This document shows positions 1 through 7,771 of a stretch of 12,817 bases of DNA, piece by piece. The position numbers were made by a program, and so were the translations under genes. This DNA comes from Candidatus Margulisiibacteriota bacterium (GTDB lineage: Bacteria > Margulisbacteria > WOR-1 > O2-12-FULL-45-9). Location: contig JBDRHP010000043.1 of the NCBI GenBank assembly GCA_043816785.1, forward strand, positions 1 through 12,817. The letters are read 5' to 3'. A model generated the notes under the pieces. That model searched no databases and had not been told where the DNA came from. It saw only the letters and a list, made by a program, of their open reading frames with translations. Position 1 is the first letter of the stretch. The number at the start of each line of letters is the position of its first letter.

Positions 1-57
1 AACCTTTATCCGATCAATATCCCTCTGAGTCATTTGTAACATCTCTCTTTTGTCCAT
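1..57 (-). CDS. 5' end of a probable IS1202/IS481-like (ISNCY) transposase, running off the window start
   Basis: Minus-strand ATG at 57 with AGGGAG SD at 74-69. The frame is open to base 1 (MDKREMLQMTQRDIDRIKV), resembling the 'M(S/T)x(R/K)(E/D)LxRxxV' N-terminus I recall for these transposases. It lies just inside an IS-like end. Only 19 codons are visible. Confidence 0.55.
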   Translation of the reverse strand, partial: MDKREMLQMTQRDIDRIKV

Positions 58-141
58 TTTTTGCCACACTCCCTTTATTCTTTATCGGAAATGTGACGTT
101 TCTATTTTGGGCAAATGTGATGTTACTACTTTGGTGCTACA
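1..141 (-). mobile_element. Left end of a putative IS1202-like insertion sequence (partial)
   Basis: The minus strand begins TGTAGCA at 141, followed by two 22-bp direct repeats (89-110 AAATGTGACGTTTCTATTTTGG; 113-134 AAATGTGATGTTACTACTTTGG; 19/22 identical). A TGT terminus plus iterated subterminal repeats is typical of IS1202/IS481-type ends. The other end is outside the window. Confidence 0.6.
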
Positions 142-176
142 CTAGCGTTGCTTCCCTGGCCAATCCCCTCCAAATA

Positions 177-185
177 TGCTAAGAT
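177..185 (+). promoter_or_regulatory. Putative extended -10 promoter for accC
   Basis: TG-c-TAAGAT 25 nt upstream of the ATG at 211, with SD-like AGGGAAG at 201-207. Confidence 0.35.
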
Positions 186-210
186 AACCATTCCCTTTCT
201 AGGGAAGTCT

Positions 211-1554
211 ATGTTTAAAAAGATCTTGATTGCTAATCGCGGTGAGATCGCAGTCCGGATCATCCGGGCGGCCAAGGAAATGGGGATCCAGACGGTTGCT
301 GTTTATTCTGAAGCTGACCGTGATTCCCTTCATGTTAAGCTGGCTGATGAATCCTACTGCATTGGCCCCGCTGCCCCCAACCAGAGCTATTTAAATATTC
401 CCAGCATCATGAGCGCGGCAGAGGTCGCTGGCGTTGACGCTCTCCATCCAGGCTACGGCTTTCTGGCTGAGAACGCCAAGTTTGTTGAGATCTGCGCTGC
501 CAGCAATATTCAATTTATTGGACCCCGCAGTGATGCCATGCAAAAGATGGGGGATAAAGCCACAGCTCGAAAAACCGTTGCCACGGCTGGCGTGCCGGTG
601 GTTCCTGGTTCTGATGGCACGATCGCTGATGAGGGCGAAGCCAAGAAGATCGCTGATAAGATTGGCTATCCCGTTGTTGTTAAAGCTACAGCTGGCGGCG
701 GCGGCCGAGGCATGCGGGTAGTCTGGAGCGGTGACGAATTTATCCATTTGATGAGAACCGCGCGCGCTGAGGCTGAAGCAGCTTTTGGCAACCCTGAGGT
801 CTATGTTGAAAAATTCATTGAGGAACCCCGCCATATCGAGGTGCAAATTTTAGCTGATCTGCATGGCAATGTTATTCATTTGGGCGAGAGAGACTGTTCA
901 ATCCAGCGGCGACATCAGAAACTGGTTGAGGAATCGCTCTCCCCAGTAATTGATGAGCGGACACGCAGAAAATTGGGAGAGGCAGCGATCCGCGCGGCCA
1001 AAGCGGTGAAATACCACAGCGCTGGAACGATCGAATTTTTATATGATAAACATGGCAAGTTTTATTTTATGGAGATGAATACCCGGGTCCAGGTTGAACA
1101 TACGGTGACTGAAATGATAACCAATGTTGACATTATCAAGGAGCAGATAATGATCTCAGCGGGTGAAAAGCTCAGCCTGAGGCAAGGGGATGTTAAATTC
1201 CAGGGCCATGCGATTGAATGCCGCATCAACGCGGAAAACCATGAAAGGAATTTTATGCCGTCGCCGGGAACCATCAAGGCGTATTTGCCGCCCGGCGGAT
1301 TAGGAATTAGAGTTGACAGCCATGCTTATCCCGGATATGTGATCCAGCCGCACTATGATTCATTAGTTGCTAAGGTCATTTCCTGGGGCAAGAACCGGCA
1401 GGAGGCGATCGACCGCATGGCGCGCGCCTTAGACGAGTATGTTATTGACGGCATCCATACCACGATCCCTTTTCACCTTAAAGTTCTTGCTAACTCCGCC
1501 TTTCGCCGCGGAGAAGTGACCACCAAGTTTATTGAAGAGCATTTTGGCACTTAA
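211..1554 (+). CDS. accC: Acetyl-CoA carboxylase biotin carboxylase subunit
   Basis: [14 protein letters not shown] start, [21 protein letters not shown]-grasp loop, [22 protein letters not shown] and RVDS motifs. Start placed at ATG 211 rather than TTG 148. Confidence 0.95.
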   Translation: MFKKILIANRGEIAVRIIRAAKEMGIQTVAVYSEADRDSLHVKLADESYCIGPAAPNQSYLNIPSIMSAAEVAGVDALHPGYGFLAENAKFVEICAASNIQFIGPRSDAMQKMGDKATARKTVATAGVPVVPGSDGTIADEGEAKKIADKIGYPVVVKATAGGGGRGMRVVWSGDEFIHLMRTARAEAEAAFGNPEVYVEKFIEEPRHIEVQILADLHGNVIHLGERDCSIQRRHQKLVEESLSPVIDERTRRKLGEAAIRAAKAVKYHSAGTIEFLYDKHGKFYFMEMNTRVQVEHTVTEMITNVDIIKEQIMISAGEKLSLRQGDVKFQGHAIECRINAENHERNFMPSPGTIKAYLPPGGLGIRVDSHAYPGYVIQPHYDSLVAKVISWGKNRQEAIDRMARALDEYVIDGIHTTIPFHLKVLANSAFRRGEVTTKFIEEHFGT

Positions 1555-1959
1555 ATGGGAAAAAGAAACACTGCCCGACGTTTAGCCATGCAAGCCCTGT
1601 ACCAGGCTGATCTGGCTGGAGTACCGATCGAGACTGCCCTGCAAAATCTTTCTGAAAGCGAAAAGTTTATCCCTGAAACAACTGATTTTGCGGCTGTGCT
1701 GGCCAAGGCTGCCTGGGATGCTCGGGAAGACCTGGACAAGACTATCACCTCCTTGGCCATTGACTGGCCGCTGGACCGCATTGGCAAGGTTGACCGCAGT
1801 GTCTTGCGGCTGGCTCTGCAGGAATTGAATATGAAGGAAACTCCCCATTCAGTTGTGATCAATGAAGCAGTTGAACTGGCTAAAAAATACTCAGGTCAAG
1901 AATCCGCCAAGTTTATCAACGGGATACTTGGCACCTACGTGCGCAACCGCAACCGCTGA
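1555..1959 (+). CDS. nusB: Transcription antitermination factor NusB
   Basis: Arg-rich N-terminus RNTARRLAMQALYQ, WPLDRIGKVDRSVLRLA, VVINEAVELAKKY and KFINGILG; 134 aa; abuts the accC stop. Confidence 0.95.
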   Translation: MGKRNTARRLAMQALYQADLAGVPIETALQNLSESEKFIPETTDFAAVLAKAAWDAREDLDKTITSLAIDWPLDRIGKVDRSVLRLALQELNMKETPHSVVINEAVELAKKYSGQESAKFINGILGTYVRNRNR

Positions 1960-1988
1960 TTGTCTTTAGCTTGAAAATATGGTAATAT
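1960..1988 (+). promoter_or_regulatory. Putative sigma70-type promoter for the rib genes
   Basis: TTGTCT (1960-1965), 17-nt spacer, TAATAT (1983-1988), with extended -10 TG at 1980-1981. The ATG is only 10 nt downstream and no SD is present. Confidence 0.5.
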
Positions 1989-1998
1989 TCTACTTCGT

Positions 1999-2655
1999 AT
2001 GTTTACTGGTATTATAGAAGAATTAGGCATTATTACCTCAATTATTCGCGGCTCTGAAGCTGGGAAAATCATCATTTCTGTCAGCAAGGACCTGGCCGTT
2101 ACCAAGGTTGGCGACAGCATCGCGGTTAATGGTGTTTGTTTAACAGTTACCTCAGTTCGCCGCAATTTCCTGGAATTTGATATTTCCTCTGAAAGTTTAA
2201 AAAAAGCTGCCTTTTCAGACCTGAAGATCGGGGACAAAGTTAACTTAGAGCGGGCCCTGATGCTGTCCAACCGTTTAGGCGGACATTTGGTTACCGGCCA
2301 TGTCGACGGTGTAGGGGAGATCCGCAAAAAAGTGACTCAGGGCAAGGCTTTTGATCTCTATATTTCTTTGCCCAGTGAGTTGTTGAAATACCTGGTGCCC
2401 AAAGGCTCGATCACACTTGATGGTATAAGTTTGACAGTTGCTGATATCCGCGAGGCTTTAGCAGTTGTCTCAGTTGTGCCTCATACGGTAAAATCAACCA
2501 ATCTTGGGTTTAAGGGTGTTGGTGACCGGGTCAATATTGAAGTTGATATACTTTCCAAGTATATTGAGCGGCACTTGTCGAGCGGGATGAGGGGGCTGCC
2601 GGACGAGGCTATGTCCAGGGTTGGTTATCTGCCCATGGGCTGGATCGATAACTAA
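1999..2655 (+). CDS. ribE: Riboflavin synthase (alpha chain)
   Basis: Signature MFTGIIEE N-terminus, GDSIAVNGVCLTV, VNLERAL, RLGGHLVTGHVDG, KGSITLDGISLTV and VNIEVD. Confidence 0.96.
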   Translation: MFTGIIEELGIITSIIRGSEAGKIIISVSKDLAVTKVGDSIAVNGVCLTVTSVRRNFLEFDISSESLKKAAFSDLKIGDKVNLERALMLSNRLGGHLVTGHVDGVGEIRKKVTQGKAFDLYISLPSELLKYLVPKGSITLDGISLTVADIREALAVVSVVPHTVKSTNLGFKGVGDRVNIEVDILSKYIERHLSSGMRGLPDEAMSRVGYLPMGWIDN

Positions 2656-2664
2656 AAATGTTCG

Positions 2665-2702
2665 ATGGAACCTGAGACTAAACGTCTCGGTTCCATTTTT
2701 TT
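2665..2702 (+). terminator. Possible intrinsic terminator formed by hairpin copy 1
   Basis: A 13-bp stem with a one-base bulge, followed by a T7 run (2696-2702), 9 nt after the ribE stop. Confidence 0.45.
2667..2694 (+). repeat. REP-like 28-bp hairpin, copy 1
   Basis: GGAACC-T-GAGAC-TAAAC-GTCTC-GGTTCC; the stem extends to 2665-2696. Confidence 0.8.
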
Positions 2703-2712
2703 AGAGGCTCAA

Positions 2713-2740
2713 GGAACCGCGAAGTTTATTCGCAGGTTCC
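2713..2740 (-). repeat. REP-like 28-bp hairpin, copy 2 (inverted relative to copy 1)
   Basis: The reverse complement is GGAACC-T-GCGAA-TAAAC-TTCGC-GGTTCC (24/28 to copy 1). The stem extends to 2709-2744 (TCAA/TTGA). Confidence 0.8.
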
Positions 2741-2757
2741 TTGAAAGAAATAGAAGA

Positions 2758-4041
2758 ATGGCAAGCTCAAATAAAATAAAATATAACACAATAGATGAAG
2801 CGATCGAAGCTGTTGCCAATGGCAAGATCATCATTGTCGTGGATGATAAGGATCGCGAAAATGAAGGCGATCTGGTCATGGCCGCGGAAAAAGTTACACC
2901 AAACGCTATCAACTTCATGATCACTCATGGCCGCGGCCTGGTCTGCGTGCCCATGACCAGTGAAAGACTGAATGAGCTTGGTTTGCCCCAGATGGTTGAT
3001 GAAAACCGCGAATCAATGAAAACCGCATTTACTGTTTCGGTTGACGCAGCTCCTTCTTTTGGTGTGACCACGGGGATTTCTCCTTCTGATAGAGCTAAAA
3101 CCATCGAGGTTTTGATCAATCCCAAGTCAAATAAGGAAGACCTGGCCAAGCCGGGACATGTTTTTCCCTTGCGGGTCTGTGATGGCGGAGTTTTAAAAAG
3201 AGCTGGTCATACTGAGGCTGCGGTTGATCTGGCGACAATGGCAGCGCTTTACCCGGCGTCAGTCATTTGTGAAATCATTAATCAAGATGGTTCCATGGCT
3301 CGGACTGATCAATTGCTGGAATTTGCCAAAGAGCACCAACTAAAAATCATTTCAATTGCAGACCTGATCTCTTATCGCTTAAGAAAGGATAAGCTGATCA
3401 GGAAAGTTTCCACGGTTAAGTTGCCGACCAAGCATGGTGATTTCACCGCTATTGGTTATGAGGATCTTTTAACCGGCGACCATCACGTGGCCCTGGTTAA
3501 AGGTAAGGTTAAAGGACAGAAGAATGTTTTGGTTCGGGTTCATTCCGAGTGCTTAACAGGGGATGTTTTTGGCTCCATGCGCTGCGACTGCGGGGAACAG
3601 CTGGACAAAGCGCTGGCCAAGATCGAGTTCTGTGGCCAGGGGGTCTTGTTGTATATGAGGCAAGAGGGGAGAGGCATTGGCCTTTCCAATAAGCTGCGCG
3701 CCTATGAGGAACAAGATCATGGCCTGGACACGGTTGAAGCTAACGAGGTTTTAGGGTATCCTGCTGACTTACGGGATTATGGGATTGGGGCACAGATCTT
3801 GGTTGATCTGGGTTTATCAACTATTCGATTGATCACGAATAATCCTAAAAAGATAGTTGGTTTAGAGGGTTATGATCTTAAAGTGATAGAAAGAGTGCCG
3901 CTGGAGATCAACCCGAATAAACATAATAAAAAATATTTGGAAACAAAACGTCAAAAGCTAGGGCATCTATTAAAAGGGGCTCGGAGCAAGGAGGAAGATA
4001 AACATGGTAAACACGATCGAAGGAAAACTGGACGCAACTAA
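2758..4041 (+). CDS. ribBA: Bifunctional 3,4-dihydroxy-2-butanone 4-phosphate synthase / GTP cyclohydrolase II
   Basis: [34 protein letters not shown] and RAGHTEA (RibB), then [32 protein letters not shown] and TNNPKK (RibA). Start placed at ATG 2758, because the ATG 2665 extension merely translates the hairpin repeats. Confidence 0.95.
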   Translation: MASSNKIKYNTIDEAIEAVANGKIIIVVDDKDRENEGDLVMAAEKVTPNAINFMITHGRGLVCVPMTSERLNELGLPQMVDENRESMKTAFTVSVDAAPSFGVTTGISPSDRAKTIEVLINPKSNKEDLAKPGHVFPLRVCDGGVLKRAGHTEAAVDLATMAALYPASVICEIINQDGSMARTDQLLEFAKEHQLKIISIADLISYRLRKDKLIRKVSTVKLPTKHGDFTAIGYEDLLTGDHHVALVKGKVKGQKNVLVRVHSECLTGDVFGSMRCDCGEQLDKALAKIEFCGQGVLLYMRQEGRGIGLSNKLRAYEEQDHGLDTVEANEVLGYPADLRDYGIGAQILVDLGLSTIRLITNNPKKIVGLEGYDLKVIERVPLEINPNKHNKKYLETKRQKLGHLLKGARSKEEDKHGKHDRRKTGRN

Positions 4042-4462
4042 GTTAAAGGTCGGGATTGTTGTTTCGCGCTTCAACGAAATGGTATCCAAAGGCTTGTTAG
4101 GCGGAGCAACTGATTGTTTGGTGCGCCACGGCGCCAAGGAAAACAATATTGATGTTGTCTGGGTGCCTGGGGCGTTTGAAATACCTTTGGTAGCCAAGAA
4201 AATTGCCAAGGGATATGACGCGGTCATTTGTCTTGGGGCGATCATCAGGGGCGGAACCCCGCACTTTGATTATGTTGCCTCCGAAGCCGCCAAGGGAATT
4301 GCCACGGTTTCGCTGGATACCGGCGTGCCGGTCATCTTTGGTGTCTTGACCACTGATAATTTGGAACAAGCCCTGGAAAGAGCAGGGGCTAAACCGGGTA
4401 ATAAAGGTTTTAACGCCGCTTTATCAGCCATCGAGCTAGCGAACTTAAGTAAGGAGTTGTAA
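4004..4462 (+). CDS. ribH: 6,7-dimethyl-8-ribityllumazine synthase
   Basis: [35 protein letters not shown] and NKG motifs; strong AAGGAGG SD upstream. Confidence 0.96.
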   Translation: MVNTIEGKLDATKLKVGIVVSRFNEMVSKGLLGGATDCLVRHGAKENNIDVVWVPGAFEIPLVAKKIAKGYDAVICLGAIIRGGTPHFDYVASEAAKGIATVSLDTGVPVIFGVLTTDNLEQALERAGAKPGNKGFNAALSAIELANLSKEL

Positions 4463-4465
4463 AAA

Positions 4466-5569
4466 TTGGCTAGAGTTTTATTGGAGAATGTAACCAAAAA
4501 GTTCGGGGATGTCACGGCAGTAAAGAATGTCAGCATGGAGATCAAGGACCAGGAGTTCGTGGTCTTGGTTGGCCCTTCCGGTTGCGGCAAGACAACCACC
4601 CTGCGCATGGTCGCTGGTTTAGAGGAGATCACCGAAGGCAAGATCCACATTGGGGACAGGTTGGTCAATGACGTGCCGCCCAAGGACCGTAATATTGCCA
4701 TGGTCTTCCAGAACTACGCGCTTTATCCCCACATGAAGGTCTATGAAAACATGGCCTTTGGTCTAAAGTTACACGGTATGTCCAAGAAAGAGATCAATGA
4801 CCGGGTGCGCGACGCAGCCGATATCCTGGGGCTGGACAAACTTTTGGATAGACATCCCAAACAGCTGTCCGGCGGACAAAGACAAAGGGTGGCGGTTGGC
4901 CGCGCTATTGTTCGGCGTCCAGAAGTTTTCTTGATGGATGAGCCATTGTCTAACCTGGACGCTAAATTAAGGGTCCAGATGCGAGCGGAATTGCAGCGCA
5001 TCCATAAAACACTCAAAGCCACTGTGATCTATGTTACCCATGACCAGGTGGAAGCGATGACTTTGGGGCAGCGGGTAGCGGTTATCTTGAATGGCGAGCT
5101 CCAGCAGGTGCAAAATCCCCTGACGGTTTACCAGAAACCAGCAAACCGCTTTGTGGCCGGCTTTATCGGCAGCCCGCCCATGAATTTCGTTAAAGGCACT
5201 ATCAGTAAAAGAGGCAATGACCTGTATACCTTTAAAGCCGAAAGTTTTGAGCTGGAAGTGCCTAAAGAAGTTGATCACTTGCTGGAAAGCTATGTTGGCA
5301 AGGAGATCATTTTTGGTATCCGGCCGGAAGATATCTGGGACATCCCTTCTTCTGATTGGATCAAGGAACGGCTGATCATGGAAGGCATAGTTGATTTTCG
5401 TGAAATTATTGGCGCGGAAACTTATTTGTACGTCCATGTGGGCAAGAACCCGCTGATCTCCCGGGTAGGCGGGATGTGCGACGCCAGCACGGGCAGTAAG
5501 TTCAATATTGCTATTGACTTAAGAAAAGTGCATTTCTTTGATCCAACAACTCAACAAGCTGTTATTTAG
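4466..5569 (+). CDS. Carbohydrate ABC transporter ATP-binding protein (MalK/UgpC/MsmX family)
   Basis: Walker [11 protein letters not shown]-loop [11 protein letters not shown], signature LSGGQRQR, Walker B/D-loop [29 protein letters not shown] and a C-terminal GIRPED regulatory domain. TTG start with AAGGAG SD. Confidence 0.93.
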   Translation: MARVLLENVTKKFGDVTAVKNVSMEIKDQEFVVLVGPSGCGKTTTLRMVAGLEEITEGKIHIGDRLVNDVPPKDRNIAMVFQNYALYPHMKVYENMAFGLKLHGMSKKEINDRVRDAADILGLDKLLDRHPKQLSGGQRQRVAVGRAIVRRPEVFLMDEPLSNLDAKLRVQMRAELQRIHKTLKATVIYVTHDQVEAMTLGQRVAVILNGELQQVQNPLTVYQKPANRFVAGFIGSPPMNFVKGTISKRGNDLYTFKAESFELEVPKEVDHLLESYVGKEIIFGIRPEDIWDIPSSDWIKERLIMEGIVDFREIIGAETYLYVHVGKNPLISRVGGMCDASTGSKFNIAIDLRKVHFFDPTTQQAVI

Positions 5570-5577
5570 GTTGTCAG

Positions 5578-7044
5578 GTGGATAGGAAAGAAGAACCGCT
5601 TATTTTTGAGAAGTCTTCGCCGGGGAGAAAAGCTTTTTCCCTGCCCGAGCTTGATATTCCTGAAGAAAAATTAGAAAAACTTATTTCTGACGATCTGCTG
5701 CGCGAGGAATTGAACCTGCCCGAACTTTCCGAAGTTGATATTGTCCGACATTTCACCAATCTTTCCAGGAAAAATTTTGGCGTTGATAATGGTTTTTATC
5801 CTCTGGGGTCCTGCACCATGAAGTATAATCCAAAAGTTAATGAAGAGATCGCCGCGCTGCCTGGCTTTACGAACATCCATCCTTACCAGCCGGCAGAAGA
5901 AGTGCAGGGGATCCTGGCGCTGCTCTATAATTTTGAGCAATATTTATGCGCTGTCTTTGGCTACGACGCGTTTACTTTACAGCCGGCCGCAGGAGCGCAT
6001 GGTGAATTAACTGCTCTTTTGATGATCAAGGCTTTTCATAGGGATCAGGGGGTAGGGGTTAGGGATAAGATAATCATTCCTGACTCATCGCACGGGACTA
6101 ATCCCGCGTCTGTGTCTATGGTTGGCTATAAAAGTGTGGTGGTTAAATCAAACGGTCGAGGAAACCTTGATGTTGCTGGCTTGAAAAAGGTAGTTGGCGA
6201 TGATACAGCTGGCCTGATGCTGACCAATCCCAATACTTTGGGGCTGTTTGATGAGCACATTTTAGAAGTTGCGGACATAGTCCATAAGGCTGGCGGTTTG
6301 CTTTATTATGACGGTGCCAATGCCAACGCGACTTTAGGCATCTGCCGTCCCGCGGATCTGGGGTTTGATGTGGCTCATTTTAATCTTCACAAGACATTCT
6401 CAACCCCTCATGGTTGCGGCGGGCCGGGGGCGGGGCCGGTTGGAGTGAATAAGAAATTGGAACCTTTCCTGCCTGTTCCCAGAGTGGTCAAAGAATCATC
6501 TGGCTACAGGCTACGGGCTACTGGCTACGATAAATCCATTGGCAAAGTCCATTCTTTCCATGGGAATATAAATGTTATTGTCAAAGCTTATGCCTATTTA
6601 AGATCGCTGGGGGCTGAAGGGCTAAAAGATGTGGCAGAGAATGCGGTTTTAAATGCTAACTATGTGATGAAGCGATTAAAAGATCATTATTATCTGCCAT
6701 ATGACCGGACCTGCCAGCATGAATTCGTTATTTCAGCTAAGTGGCAGAAAGAAAAATACGGGGTCAGGGCCCTGGATATTGCTAAAAGATTGCTGGATTA
6801 CGGCTTTCATCCGCCAACTATTTATTTTCCTTTGATCGTGGAAGAAGCCATGATGATCGAACCAACGGAAACAGAGTCTAAAGAGACCCTGGATGAGTTT
6901 TGCGAGGCCATGATCAAGATAGCCAAAGAATGCGAAACTGATCCGGAATTAGTAAAAAATGCCCCTTATACTACTCCAGTCAAAAGATTGGATGAGACCA
7001 AAGCTGCCCGCGAATCGAATTTGCGATGGACGCCTGGCAATTAA
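5578..7044 (+). CDS. gcvPB: Glycine dehydrogenase (decarboxylating) subunit 2, glycine cleavage P protein beta chain
   Basis: [10 protein letters not shown] start, [43 protein letters not shown]-lysine motif [21 protein letters not shown] and EPTETE; 488 aa. Confidence 0.95.
   Translation: MDRKEEPLIFEKSSPGRKAFSLPELDIPEEKLEKLISDDLLREELNLPELSEVDIVRHFTNLSRKNFGVDNGFYPLGSCTMKYNPKVNEEIAALPGFTNIHPYQPAEEVQGILALLYNFEQYLCAVFGYDAFTLQPAAGAHGELTALLMIKAFHRDQGVGVRDKIIIPDSSHGTNPASVSMVGYKSVVVKSNGRGNLDVAGLKKVVGDDTAGLMLTNPNTLGLFDEHILEVADIVHKAGGLLYYDGANANATLGICRPADLGFDVAHFNLHKTFSTPHGCGGPGAGPVGVNKKLEPFLPVPRVVKESSGYRLRATGYDKSIGKVHSFHGNINVIVKAYAYLRSLGAEGLKDVAENAVLNANYVMKRLKDHYYLPYDRTCQHEFVISAKWQKEKYGVRALDIAKRLLDYGFHPPTIYFPLIVEEAMMIEPTETESKETLDEFCEAMIKIAKECETDPELVKNAPYTTPVKRLDETKAARESNLRWTPGN
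6040..6067 (+). repeat. Heptamer tandem array inside gcvPB
   Basis: AGGGATC AGGGGGT AGGGGTT AGGGATA. Confidence 0.6.
6502..6529 (+). repeat. Heptamer tandem array inside gcvPB
   Basis: GGCTACA GGCTACG GGCTACT GGCTACG. Confidence 0.75.
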
Positions 7045-7736
7045 TAATTTCTCCTGATTGTTCAGGGGCCTGCCACATGCAGTCTGACCTCAAGATGTTC
7101 AATGAGTTTGTGGTTGGTGGCCAACCGTCAGCCCTCCAAATCTATTCCTGGCAGCCAAAGTGTATTTCTTACGGCTATGCTCAAGACATTGAAAATGAAT
7201 TAGCTGTTAAAGAGGCTAAACAGCTGGGCTGGGATATTGTTAAACGACCAACAGGTGGGGGAATTGTTTTTCACAATGAAGCGGAAGTTACTTATTCGCT
7301 AGTAACGGAAATTGATAATCCCAAGTTGCCTAACGGATTGGTTCCTGCTTATAAGAAAATTTCTGAGGCTGTTGTGTTTGCTTTAAGGAGCTTGGGGGTG
7401 GAGGCAGGGATAAGAGAGCAGAAAGTAGAACGTAGAGCGTTGAACGTAGGATTGTGTTTTTCTTATCCGGCTGAATATGAGATCGTTGTAAATAATCTGA
7501 AGATCGTTGGCTCAGCACAGAAAAGAGGCAAGAGGGCTTTGCTGCAGCAAGGCTCGATTTTTGTGCGCAACATGTCCTTTGATGAATTAGCGCTATTGAA
7601 GAAGCCAGGACAGGAGTATAATTCTGTCAGCGTGGAAGAGGTCCTGGGCCGGGAAGTTGATTTTGATGAACTTAGTCAGGCTTTGATCAAAGGATTTCAT
7701 GAAGTTTTGTGTATTGATTTTGGAACCCGCGACTAA
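7026..7736 (+). CDS. Lipoate-protein ligase A / LipM-like octanoyltransferase family protein
   Basis: [49 protein letters not shown] and LQQGSI: a BPL/LplA catalytic domain without the C-terminal domain. It lies next to gcvPB. Confidence 0.88.
   Translation: MDAWQLIISPDCSGACHMQSDLKMFNEFVVGGQPSALQIYSWQPKCISYGYAQDIENELAVKEAKQLGWDIVKRPTGGGIVFHNEAEVTYSLVTEIDNPKLPNGLVPAYKKISEAVVFALRSLGVEAGIREQKVERRALNVGLCFSYPAEYEIVVNNLKIVGSAQKRGKRALLQQGSIFVRNMSFDELALLKKPGQEYNSVSVEEVLGREVDFDELSQALIKGFHEVLCIDFGTRD
7406..7447 (+). repeat. Degenerate heptamer tandem array inside the lipoate ligase gene
   Basis: AGGGATA AGAGAGC AGAAAGT AGAACGT AGAGCGT TGAACGT. Confidence 0.6.
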
Positions 7737-7749
7737 ACGTCGCGGTTCC
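7722..7749 (+). repeat. REP-like 28-bp hairpin, copy 3
   Basis: GGAACC-C-GCGAC-TAAAC-GTCGC-GGTTCC (25/28 to each of the other copies). Its loop TAA (7734-7736) is the stop codon of the lipoate ligase gene. Confidence 0.8.
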
Positions 7750-7771
7750 GAGCAACAGGGATGGTGATGAG

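Noticed and set aside
148..210. 21-aa N-terminal extension of AccC from TTG 148
   Set aside because: The family N-terminus [12 protein letters not shown] starts at ATG 211 with an SD, and the extension overlaps the likely promoter.
1942..1956. CGCAAC tandem at the nusB end
   Set aside because: Only 2.5 copies, in frame (RNRNR); too short to be significant.
1960..1998. FMN riboswitch upstream of the rib genes
   Set aside because: The gap is only 39 nt and lacks the conserved RFN sequence blocks.
2667..2740. Mini CRISPR array (28-bp palindromic repeats)
   Set aside because: The copies are inverted, only 18 nt apart, the third is 5 kb away, and no cas genes are present.
2665..2757. 31-aa N-terminal extension of RibBA
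   Set aside because: It is just the translation of the two hairpin repeats and has no SD; family-like sequence starts after 2758.
6418..6440. G-rich run in gcvPB
   Set aside because: Explained by the conserved GGPGAGP peptide.
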